From: Lachnospiraceae bacterium
Lineage (GTDB): Bacteria; Bacillota; Clostridia; Lachnospirales; Lachnospiraceae
NCBI GenBank assembly: GCA_015057445.1
Contig: SVEI01000004.1
Span: 6,571-70,570, forward strand
DNA: 64,000 bases
Reading direction: 5' to 3'
Part shown: one piece after another, positions 38,019 through 47,063 of the stretch
Layout of the letters: every line of letters begins with the position of its first letter
How positions within the stretch are numbered: the first letter of the stretch is position 1
Made by a program: the position numbers and the translations under genes
Notes under the pieces: model-generated
Database searches by the model: none
What the model was told of the DNA's origin: nothing
The model's input: only the letters and a program-made list of their open reading frames with translations

Positions 38019-38387
38019 ATGGGATTATTTAAAAAAGATGTAAGAGTTACAAAAAGTCTTGCTATGAATGGTAAGGATACGGGAGCAATAGTTGGAATAA
38101 AGGGAGCGTTGCTAGGAAGAATTGTACGTATGGATGGTGATAAGGAAATTATAATAGGTAGTGATTCAAGTCAGGCAGAGTTAATTATTGATCATAGTAC
38201 TGTAATGGCTAAGCATTGTTCCATAAGATATGTACAAGATGATAAGAGTTATGTGGTATGTAACCTGTGTGATGAAGATTTAATTGCAGATGCCACAGAT
38301 GAGTTGGTTAGAGGTGAAAGTTATGTTTTGCAGCCAGGTACAAGGTTAATTATAGGTTCTCCATCTAATGAAATTCGTTTGGGATAA
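38019..38387 (+). CDS. Degenerate FHA-like protein (paralog of 21020)
   Basis: Shares VTKSLAMN..GAIVG.KG; pThr-binding GR/SxxH/NG replaced by GS/MAKH/DED. Confidence 0.8.
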   Translation: MGLFKKDVRVTKSLAMNGKDTGAIVGIKGALLGRIVRMDGDKEIIIGSDSSQAELIIDHSTVMAKHCSIRYVQDDKSYVVCNLCDEDLIADATDELVRGESYVLQPGTRLIIGSPSNEIRLG

Positions 38388-38425
38388 TTAGTTGATTTTT
38401 GGTTTATTATTTTTAAAAAAAGTTA

Positions 38426-38454
38426 TTGACAAAATGAATACTAAATGATATTAT
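38426..38454 (+). promoter_or_regulatory. SigA promoter of tRNA
   Basis: TTGACA-17-TATTAT with TGn. Confidence 0.85.
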
Positions 38455-38488
38455 ATTACTTGCGTTGAGCGAAAGCTTGATGGTAAAT

Positions 38489-38572
38489 GCGGGAGTGCTG
38501 GAATTGGCAGACAGGCTAGACTAAGGATCTAGTGATGGTAACGTCGTGTGGGTTCAAGTCCCATCTCCCGCA
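38489..38572 (+). tRNA. tRNA-Leu, anticodon AAG
   Basis: GCGGGAG/CTCCCGC acceptor plus A73; anticodon stem CTAGA/TCTAG with loop CT-AAG-GA; long variable arm; GGTTCAAGTCC T-arm; CCA not encoded. Confidence 0.95.
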
Positions 38573-38581
38573 TGCATAATT

Positions 38582-38613
38582 AAAAAGGAGTAGGTTTTAC
38601 CTACTCCTTTTTT
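38582..38613 (+). terminator. tRNA terminator
   Basis: AAAAAGGAGTAGG-TTTTA-CCTACTCCTTTTTT. Confidence 0.9.
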
Positions 38614-38793
38614 GTTATGCATGTCAGGAGACACTTGAAACCACAGATTCAAGGTCTTTACGCCCCAAATGGCTCGCGGTCGGCTAAATAAAAGTGTATT
38701 TTTAAAAGTAAGTTATAAAAATGTTTAGTAAAATTACTTACTATATGGTAGAATTATAAAAAATGGAAATTTATGTAGAAAGGTTATGATAAA

Positions 38794-40650
38794 GTGCCGA
38801 AGATAAAGGATAATCCTAACATAAATGAATACATTAATGATAAGGAATACATAGCTAACAAATATGTAATTAAAAGTTTTGCTATAACTGCTTATATTTA
38901 TACAGTGGTGCTGGTACTTAATTTGCTTGGTATATTCACCGTAAATCAAAAGGTTATGGTTAGTGGTTATGTTATGAGTCTGATTATATATTTGATTATG
39001 CTCATTGTTCTCAAGAAGTTAACCTTGGTGAATGAAAAAACAAAGTATTTTATATTGTTTATTATTGTGTTTATCTTCACAATAATAGAAGTTTCTTTAA
39101 CTTATCATGCAGTACTAATATCCTTGTTGCCGTTTTTGTATGCATCCATATACTCATCAAAAAAGGTACTAAATTATGTATATATACTTACGGTAATAAG
39201 TACATTTTTTGTGGTATATGTAGGGTATTATTTTGTCCTTTGCGATGCAAATATGGCTCTGCTTACTACAGAACGCCTTCAGGATTATGTTGTTAATGGA
39301 CAGTTTACATTAACTCGAGTTAATCAGAATCCTATGTTTACCTTGTTTTTATTCTTTGTATTGCCTAGATGTTTGGTGTATATAGCTTATGTGTTTATAT
39401 GTAATAATATATTTACCATAGTAAGTGAAAGTATAGAAAGAGCAAAGCTTGCAGACGAGTTGGCAATGGCAAAGGATGAGGCTGATAAGGCCAATCAGGC
39501 CAAAACAAGATTCCTAGCTAGAATGTCTCATGAGATAAGAACACCTATTAATGCGGTTATAGGAATGAATGAGATGATAATAAGAGAGAGCGAAGAAGAA
39601 AAAATTAAGAAGTATGCATCTGATGTGAAGGACTCTTCTAATGTGCTTCTCAACATAATTAATGAAATTTTAGACGCGTCAAAGATAGAATCAGGAATGA
39701 TGGAGCTTGCACCTGCTAGATATAAACTGAGTAGCTTTCTTAATGACATATACAATATGATTAACTTAAGAGCAGTTAATAAGGGGTTAACCTTAGACTT
39801 TGAGATAGATCCTAAGCTACCTAGCGAGTATTTTGGAGATGATAGATGTATTAGACAGGTGCTAACCAATCTTCTGACCAATGCAGTAAAGTATACTAAT
39901 GATGGTAAGGTTACCCTTTCTATAAGCGGTAGTACTCAGGAAGATACTGCGGTTCTTCGTTACAAAGTCAAGGACACGGGTATTGGATTTAAACCAGAGG
40001 ATATTGAAAATATATACGGAGAATTTAAGAGATTTGACTTATCTAGAAATAGAAATGTCGAGGGTTCGGGGCTTGGTATGAATATTGTACACTCTCTTTT
40101 GAAGCTTATGGGAAGTGACCTTAAAATTGAAAGTGAGTATGAAAAGGGTACTGAATTTTCCTTTACTATAGAACAGAAAATAACAAATAAAGAGCCGATA
40201 GGAGATTACAAAAAAAGTATAGAAAAAATGGCTGCTAAGGAAGCTGATAGCATAAAATTTAAAGCACCATCAGCCAAAATATTGGTTGTGGATGATAATA
40301 TCATGAATTTGAAGGTGTTTTCTAAGCTTATAAGCCATGTAGAAGCCGAAATAACAGAGACTGACAGTGGCAAGAAATGTTTGGAACTTTTAAAAGATAA
40401 TCGTTATGATATTATTTTCCTAGATCATATGATGCCAGAGATGGATGGTATAGAGACCCTTCACCATATTAAAGATGATAGACTTGCCATAGGAACTCCA
40501 GTTATAATGCTTACAGCAAATGCAATTGCAGGGGACAGAGAGATGTATTTAGAAGAAGGTTTTGACGATTTTATCTCTAAACCTGTTATGCCAAAGGCAT
40601 TAGATGAAATGTTAATAGAATATTTAAAGGATAAAGTATTATATCAGTAG
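38794..40650 (+). CDS. Membrane hybrid sensor histidine kinase (HisKA, HATPase, receiver)
   Basis: MSHEIRTP, NLLTNAVKYT, DTGIG, GSGLG, LDHMMPEMDG. Confidence 0.95.
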   Translation: MPKIKDNPNINEYINDKEYIANKYVIKSFAITAYIYTVVLVLNLLGIFTVNQKVMVSGYVMSLIIYLIMLIVLKKLTLVNEKTKYFILFIIVFIFTIIEVSLTYHAVLISLLPFLYASIYSSKKVLNYVYILTVISTFFVVYVGYYFVLCDANMALLTTERLQDYVVNGQFTLTRVNQNPMFTLFLFFVLPRCLVYIAYVFICNNIFTIVSESIERAKLADELAMAKDEADKANQAKTRFLARMSHEIRTPINAVIGMNEMIIRESEEEKIKKYASDVKDSSNVLLNIINEILDASKIESGMMELAPARYKLSSFLNDIYNMINLRAVNKGLTLDFEIDPKLPSEYFGDDRCIRQVLTNLLTNAVKYTNDGKVTLSISGSTQEDTAVLRYKVKDTGIGFKPEDIENIYGEFKRFDLSRNRNVEGSGLGMNIVHSLLKLMGSDLKIESEYEKGTEFSFTIEQKITNKEPIGDYKKSIEKMAAKEADSIKFKAPSAKILVVDDNIMNLKVFSKLISHVEAEITETDSGKKCLELLKDNRYDIIFLDHMMPEMDGIETLHHIKDDRLAIGTPVIMLTANAIAGDREMYLEEGFDDFISKPVMPKALDEMLIEYLKDKVLYQ

Positions 40651-40686
40651 GATAAAGGATATGATAGTTTTTTCCTTGTAAGAAGT

Positions 40687-40718
40687 AAGGTCGCCTTAGA
40701 GGCGACCTTATTTTTTTT
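40687..40718. terminator. GC-rich palindrome: terminator and/or operator
   Basis: TAAGGTCGCC-TTAGA-GGCGACCTTA plus T tract, just upstream of TGnTATAGT. Confidence 0.6.
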
Positions 40719-40777
40719 ATCCTGTGATATAGTTACCACAGCAACTAAGAAATAACAAAAATATGGAGGTAATTATT

Positions 40778-41446
40778 ATGAGAAAAGGATTAACAGAAAT
40801 AGTTTTTATTTTGGACAGAAGTGGTTCTATGAGAGGACTTGAGTCAGACACTATAGGAGGTTACAACTCTCTTATCGACAAGCAAAAGAAAGAGGAAGGA
40901 GAGGCATTTATCTCAACTTTGCTTTTTGATGATAGATGTGAGGTTCTTCATAATAGAGTAAGTCTTGATGAAATTAAACCAATGACTGATGATGAATACT
41001 ATGTTAGAGGTTGTACTGCGTTGCTTGATGCTGTGGGAGGTGCAATACATCATATTGGAAATGTACATAAATATTCAAGGGAAGAAGACAAGCCAGAAAA
41101 AACATTGTTTATTATTACAACAGATGGACTAGAGAATGCAAGTAAACGTTATACATATGATAAGGTAAAGCGTATGGTAGAGAGACAAAAGAACAAATTT
41201 GGTTGGGAGTTTTTGTTTCTAGGGGCAAATATTGATGCAGTGGCAGAGGCTGGAAAGTTTGGAATCAGTGCAGATAGAGCTACAAATTACGAATGTGATA
41301 GCAAGGGAACTCAGGTATTTTATGATGCGTTGTGCTGTGCGGTATCTAGTGTGAGAAGTTGTGAGAATGTAGATGAGCTTGATGGATGTCTTACAGGATG
41401 GGACGAATCCATTACAGAAGACTATAATGAGAGACATGGAAAATAG
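40778..41446 (+). CDS. Stand-alone vWA domain protein
   Basis: FILDRSGSM, TALLDA, ITTDGLEN; GGAGG RBS. Confidence 0.9.
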   Translation: MRKGLTEIVFILDRSGSMRGLESDTIGGYNSLIDKQKKEEGEAFISTLLFDDRCEVLHNRVSLDEIKPMTDDEYYVRGCTALLDAVGGAIHHIGNVHKYSREEDKPEKTLFIITTDGLENASKRYTYDKVKRMVERQKNKFGWEFLFLGANIDAVAEAGKFGISADRATNYECDSKGTQVFYDALCCAVSSVRSCENVDELDGCLTGWDESITEDYNERHGK

Positions 41447-41917
41447 TTGAGTGGTTTAAAATTGCAGGTAAAAAGGATAGGAAAAATCAATGTGATTAAT
41501 TGTATATTGTTGTTTATCATTGTATAATCAAAAAATAATATGAAAGATTGTGTTTTCTAGAATTCAATTATTATGGAGGTTTCTTATTTCTGTGTTGAGA
41601 AGGGGGAAAAGACTCCGTTTTTGTGTTCATGGGATTCTAATGGTTGCCATCAGAATTATGGCAGTTGTACTTTTGATGAAATGGATAACATTATACGTTG
41701 CGCTGAAATACATATGAAAAAACATTATAGTTAATATTGTGAAAAATACAGAATTGACTGCAATTATGGTAAATAATTATAAGTTACATCTTGTAGTAAA
41801 GAAATGGTAAAAAAACGGTGATTTTTGTCTTGCCACATCCTACCAAATAATATAATATAATGTAGCGGGGGTTACACAAACCCGCTACAATTTTATTTTA
41901 CGAAGAGGATTAAAAGT

Positions 41918-43717
41918 ATGGATACAATTTTGATGATTATCAAGCTTCTCGGTGGTCTTGCCATGTTTTTGTATGGTATGGAGATTATGGGAGATGGCTT
42001 AAAGCAGGGGTCGGGAAATACCCTGAAGAATGTATTAGGAAAGCTCACTCAAAACGCATTATTGGGAGTTGTAACTGGTGCTCTTGTAACAGCGGTTATT
42101 CAAAGCTCAACAGCAACCATAGTGCTAACAGTTGGTTTGATTGGAGCTGGAATTCTTAATCTACGTCAGGCAGTAAGCATTGTACTTGGTGCTAATATCG
42201 GTACCACTGTTACAGCTCAGATTATTAGATTGATGGATATAGATTCATCTGGTGGGTCAATACTTACATTTTTTAAGCCGGACACATTGGCGCCTATAGC
42301 ACTTATTATAGGTATTATATGTGTTATGTTTATCAAGAATGAGGCTAGTAAGAATGTTGGTATGATAGCGTTAGGCTTTGGTATTCTATTTATGGGACTT
42401 CTCGGTATGACTGATGCTGTTGAGCCGCTTTCAAGCTCACAGGCTTTTGCGGACATTTTGGGCAAGTTTTCAAATATGCCTCTGCTTGGTATTATTACAG
42501 GTCTTGTGCTTACAGTTATCGTACAGAGCTCATCGGCTATGGTTGGTATACTTCAGGCTCTTTCATCAACAGGTGCAATGACTTTTGAATTAGTCTATCC
42601 TATTATTATGGGTATCAACTTAGGTACCTGTGTAACAACAGCTTTAGTTTGTTCTATAGGTTCATCAAAGGATGCGAAAAGAACAGGTATCGTACATATC
42701 GTATTCAACACTATTGGTACTATACTATTTATGATTGCTATGACAATCCTAAGAAGTGTAGGATTTATGCCTAATTTGTGGGAGGGAGTAGTAGACAGTG
42801 GTAGTATTGCTAATTTCCAGACTATATTTAATCTTGTAACAGCTATTGTGTTGCTTCCATTTACCGGACTTCTGGTTAAGATAGCGTGCGCAATAGTATC
42901 AGATGATGAGCCAGAGCCAGAGATTGAGTATCCAGAGCTTGCAGCCCTTGATACAAAGCTTATGATGACACCAGCCCTTGCACTTTCTGCAGTTGATAAA
43001 TTTGCTATTAATATGGCCAAGATAGCCCAGGAAAACATAACACTCAGCTTAAATCAGTTCAAAGAATATGATCCTGAGGTGTCCAAGCAGATTAACTTAT
43101 CAGAGGATAAGCTGGATTGCTTTACAGATAAGGCTGATAATTATCTTATAGAATTGTCTAATCAGATAGTAAATAATAGCGATAAGCGACTTCATAGTAT
43201 GCTTATGCAGTGTATACGTGATATAGAGAGAATTGGCGATTACGCTACTAACTTTGATGAACTGGCTAAGAAAAAGTCAGAAACAGAGGTTAAGTTCTCT
43301 AAGAACGCTAAGAAGGAATTTGCAATATTAACAGATGCTATTAATGAGATAATTAGACTTACCATTGAGGCTATGAGTGATGAGAATGATTATGTGGCAA
43401 GACGTATTGAACCTCTTGAAGAGGTTATTGACGATATGGTTCTTCTTCTTAAGAATCGTCATACAGACCGCTTATGTAAGGGCGTATGTTCCATTAATGG
43501 TGGACTAATATTTATGGATATTCTTACATATCTTGAGAGAGCAGCGGATCAGTGTTCAACCATTGCTATGCTTTTGCTTGGTAAGAATGATGAGGAAATT
43601 GCACAGAATCATCATCTCTATATTCAGGAGCTTCATGCATCTGCTGAACAATCTTACCTTGCAGAGCAAGAGAATCGTAAGGCACAGTATCTTACACCAC
43701 TTAAGAATTTAAAATAA
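41918..43717 (+). CDS. Na+/Pi cotransporter family protein with PhoU domains
   Basis: Two QSS repeats, GANIGTT/GINLGT, DIERIGDY and YLERAADQC. Confidence 0.93.
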   Translation: MDTILMIIKLLGGLAMFLYGMEIMGDGLKQGSGNTLKNVLGKLTQNALLGVVTGALVTAVIQSSTATIVLTVGLIGAGILNLRQAVSIVLGANIGTTVTAQIIRLMDIDSSGGSILTFFKPDTLAPIALIIGIICVMFIKNEASKNVGMIALGFGILFMGLLGMTDAVEPLSSSQAFADILGKFSNMPLLGIITGLVLTVIVQSSSAMVGILQALSSTGAMTFELVYPIIMGINLGTCVTTALVCSIGSSKDAKRTGIVHIVFNTIGTILFMIAMTILRSVGFMPNLWEGVVDSGSIANFQTIFNLVTAIVLLPFTGLLVKIACAIVSDDEPEPEIEYPELAALDTKLMMTPALALSAVDKFAINMAKIAQENITLSLNQFKEYDPEVSKQINLSEDKLDCFTDKADNYLIELSNQIVNNSDKRLHSMLMQCIRDIERIGDYATNFDELAKKKSETEVKFSKNAKKEFAILTDAINEIIRLTIEAMSDENDYVARRIEPLEEVIDDMVLLLKNRHTDRLCKGVCSINGGLIFMDILTYLERAADQCSTIAMLLLGKNDEEIAQNHHLYIQELHASAEQSYLAEQENRKAQYLTPLKNLK

Positions 43718-43734
43718 TAAAAATGTATTCATAT

Positions 43735-43773
43735 ATCCCCATTTTGTAGTATAATATGCAAAGTGGGGATTTT
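43735..43773 (+). terminator. Intrinsic terminator
   Basis: ATCCCCATTTTG..CAAAGTGGGGATTTT. Confidence 0.7.
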
Positions 43774-43838
43774 GTATTGATAATAATTAATCTGGTGGGC
43801 GTAAGACTACAGGATTGTTAGAAAGGTAGAGGACTGAT

Positions 43839-45440
43839 ATGGATTTTAAACCAAATAACATATGCAAAAGAGTAGTATTATTGGTATATACTTTGGTAAT
43901 ATTTTGTGTGTACCCAGTTATAGTAGATGATGCATATTTTAATATAACCATAACTAAGACTAACTTTTTCCAGAAAGCTACGGTGATTGGTGTTATATGC
44001 TTCATAATTGCAGTAATACTAGATATAATCATACACAAATACTATGATATACAAGATAATTTATTAAAGGATGACAATAAACCATTTTATACTAAGCCAG
44101 TATTCTGGATGGAAATGTTTGCGCTATCAAATGTGATAGCTTGGTACATGACTGATTGTAGTAAAAACGCAATTTCAGGCTCTAACGCAAGGTATATGGG
44201 TCTTGCCATGTATCTTATTATAGCTGTGGCATTTATATGCATTGTTACTTATACTGAAATTAGTAAAATTGCTGTTGTTGCATTTGCCATAACAAGTGTA
44301 TATACATATATGATTGGCATAATTCAGCATTTAGAGATAGATGTACAATATTGGAAAACTGGAGAAAGGTCTGGTTTTGAATTTATGTACTACAGAGAGA
44401 GATTAAGTGCCAATCAGTTTGATATTTATATGTCCACATTTGGAAATATTAATATTTTTTCCAGCTTTATTGTTATAAGCCTATGTTTGTTCCTGGGATT
44501 GTTTATATTTACAAGCGTAAACTATATGAAGCTGATATCAGGCACTGTAGTTGTATTGGGTGGAGCCACTCTTATGATTGCAAATTCTGATTCAGGATAT
44601 ATTGGAGTAGCTGGAGCTTTGTTTTTGCTTTTTTTGCTTAGCTACAATAATGGAAAAGTAAAAAGCTTTTTGATATCCTTGATATTACTTGCTTGTGGAA
44701 ATTTACTGGTTGTTCTTATGAATAACTTCGCAGTTGAAGAGTACGATAAACGTGGAGGTTTTGCCCAGGCCTTAGACAGAATGGATTTGTCGCTTATGAT
44801 TATTATAGGTCTGGTGATGGTATATTTATTAGTCCACTATTTGGCAGAGAACAAGAAAGAAGCGTTAGATAAGCTTAATAAAAAGTTAATCACAAAAATA
44901 ATTATTATTTCTACAGTTATTATAGGATTAATTGCAGTAATAGTTGGGAATGCTATGGGAATTGCTACATTTACATTTAATGATAAATGGGGTACATACA
45001 GAGGGTTTGTGTGGAGTAGAGCGTGGAACATATTCTGTGATGCACCACTAGTTAATAAACTATTTGGTTATGGCAATGAAACCTTTGGCGTGTATATGAA
45101 TGCATATTATTATGATGATATGAAAGAAATTGTTGGGAAAATCTATGATAATGCTCATAATGAGTTGCTACAATATTTGATTACATTAGGAATCCTTGGA
45201 CTTGTTGCTTATCTTGGGGTATTTGTGTCAAGTGTAATCTATATGCTTAAGAATAGTAAGGGAAACTATCTTGTATATGGATTTGTTGCTGCAACAGTAG
45301 GTTATTTTGCACAATCGTTGATTAATCTTAATCAGCCTATCACAACACCACTTTACTTTGTGGTTATGGCATTAGGCGTGGGCTACACATCATATCTTAG
45401 AAAGCAGGATGGAGATTATGACCAAGTTTCTAGTAAGTAA
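43839..45440 (+). CDS. O-antigen ligase/Wzy_C-like polytopic membrane protein
   Basis: Many TMs; STFGNIN; R..VW; LFGYG; NAHNELLQYL..LGILG. Confidence 0.82.
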   Translation: MDFKPNNICKRVVLLVYTLVIFCVYPVIVDDAYFNITITKTNFFQKATVIGVICFIIAVILDIIIHKYYDIQDNLLKDDNKPFYTKPVFWMEMFALSNVIAWYMTDCSKNAISGSNARYMGLAMYLIIAVAFICIVTYTEISKIAVVAFAITSVYTYMIGIIQHLEIDVQYWKTGERSGFEFMYYRERLSANQFDIYMSTFGNINIFSSFIVISLCLFLGLFIFTSVNYMKLISGTVVVLGGATLMIANSDSGYIGVAGALFLLFLLSYNNGKVKSFLISLILLACGNLLVVLMNNFAVEEYDKRGGFAQALDRMDLSLMIIIGLVMVYLLVHYLAENKKEALDKLNKKLITKIIIISTVIIGLIAVIVGNAMGIATFTFNDKWGTYRGFVWSRAWNIFCDAPLVNKLFGYGNETFGVYMNAYYYDDMKEIVGKIYDNAHNELLQYLITLGILGLVAYLGVFVSSVIYMLKNSKGNYLVYGFVAATVGYFAQSLINLNQPITTPLYFVVMALGVGYTSYLRKQDGDYDQVSSK

Positions 45441-46584
45441 ATTTATAAAAAATCATGAAGATGTTAAGAATCAAAAAGTAAGAGAAGCATATGGCATTCT
45501 TAGCTCCTGGGTGGGAATTGTATGTAATATATTGCTTTTTATAGCAAAGTTCATTATTGGAACGGTTGCAAATTCTATATCCATTATATCTGATGGATTT
45601 AATAATTTGTCGGATTGTGCATCATGCGTTGTAACGATGTTTGGATATAAGATGGCAGCTAAGCCTGCTGACAAAGACCATCCTTTTGGTCATGGTAGAA
45701 TGGAATATCTTACATCTCTTGTTATTGCGATGGTTATTATGGTGGTTGGTGTGGAGCTTTTTACTGGATCGGTTGACAAGATAATTCATCCGGAGAAAGT
45801 ACAGTTTTCTGTGGTTGCCCTTGCTGTTCTAATTATATCTATAATAATAAAATTATGGATGGGTTTGTTTAATAGAAAATTGGGTAAAACAGTTGAAAGC
45901 TCTGTTATGCTTGCCACATCAAAGGATAGCTTGAATGATGTATTGGCAACTACTGCAACTCTTGTTGCTCTTGTGGCAACTTTATTCACAGATGTACCAT
46001 TAGATGGTGTAATGGGTGTTGTAGTGTCTGTTATGATTCTTGTGTCAGGTTTTGGAATAATAAAAGAAACTGTTGATGAACTTTTAGGTCAACCCGCCTC
46101 TCCTGATTTGGTGGAAAGTTTAAAGGAATTGGTGGATGAATGTGCTTTTTCTCTGGGAATGCATGATCTCATTATACATAGTTATGGTCCAGGTAATCTT
46201 ATAGGAAGCGTACATATAGAAGTTGATGGCAAAGAAAATATTATGGATATTCATGATGCTATAGATGAATTGGAGAGAAATATATATGATGAACTTGGAA
46301 TACGTATAACAATTCATATGGACCCAGTAGAAACTGATAATGAGAATCTTAAGCTTTGTAAGGACATGATTAAGGTTATTATTGAGGAGATAGATAAGGA
46401 ACTTAGTTTTCATGATTTCAGAGTTGTGTCTGGTCCTAGTCACACGAATCTTATCTTCGATGTGGTGGTGCCACATGGTTGTAAGTTAAGGGATAGTCAA
46501 ATAAAAGAAGCCATAGACCAGAAACTTCTTATGAGAGAGAAGAAATACTACACGGTTATAACTTTTGAGAAGAGTTACTATTAA
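45418..46584 (+). CDS. Cation diffusion facilitator family transporter
   Basis: SDGFNNLSD, KPADKDHPFGHGRMEY, DSLND, IHMDP. Confidence 0.93.
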   Translation: MTKFLVSKFIKNHEDVKNQKVREAYGILSSWVGIVCNILLFIAKFIIGTVANSISIISDGFNNLSDCASCVVTMFGYKMAAKPADKDHPFGHGRMEYLTSLVIAMVIMVVGVELFTGSVDKIIHPEKVQFSVVALAVLIISIIIKLWMGLFNRKLGKTVESSVMLATSKDSLNDVLATTATLVALVATLFTDVPLDGVMGVVVSVMILVSGFGIIKETVDELLGQPASPDLVESLKELVDECAFSLGMHDLIIHSYGPGNLIGSVHIEVDGKENIMDIHDAIDELERNIYDELGIRITIHMDPVETDNENLKLCKDMIKVIIEEIDKELSFHDFRVVSGPSHTNLIFDVVVPHGCKLRDSQIKEAIDQKLLMREKKYYTVITFEKSYY

Positions 46585-46687
46585 AATTTAATATAATCCT
46601 AGTAAAAATCAAAATATAGTTATAAAATAGTTGTTTCTTGTGGACAAATCTTAATTAATGATTTATAATCTCAATGTATATTTGAAA

Positions 46688-47002
46688 AAGGCGATGATGG
46701 GAACAAGTAATCTTGATTTTCTGCCACAGAAAGTAGCCGGTGGATGAGAGGCGCGGTAAGAGATTATGATGAATACATCCTTGAGCTTCAACCTGAAATT
46801 ATAGTAGGGCTTGACGGATGAGCACACGTTATAGTGCTGGAGTATTAAGCTAAAGTGTAAGTACTATTATAGAACACACAACAGATGTTTGAAAAAGCTG
46901 GATACTTACTAAGGTAGCTATCGCGAGGTGGCTATGAATTAAGGTGGTAACACGGAGTTAGTCTTCGTCCTTAAGGTAAAAACTTAGGGACGAAGTTTTT
47001 TT
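46688..47002 (+). promoter_or_regulatory. T-box riboswitch (Tyr)
   Basis: Promoter TGGACA-17-TATAAT 46641-46669; specifier GAA-TAC-A (TAC 46774-46776); T-box AAGGTGGTAACACGG 46941; terminator CTTCGTCCTTAAG..CTTAGGGACGAAG-T tract. Confidence 0.92.
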
Positions 47003-47063
47003 GTCCCTATGAGCATGTTTTGCATGCTGTACCTGTTTTAGATTATAATATGGAGGTAGGAAA

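Noticed and set aside
38387-38572. tRNA-Leu as integration site of the kinase cluster
   Set aside because: The cluster lies 5' of the tRNA; no integrase or direct att repeat was seen; related genes recur at 56-60 kb. The left boundary is outside the window, so this is not fully excluded.
41758-41788. CTGCA/TTACA upstream of the Na/Pi gene as another regulon box
   Set aside because: Spacing is 26 bp rather than 21 bp, and a conventional -35/-10 promoter lies downstream.
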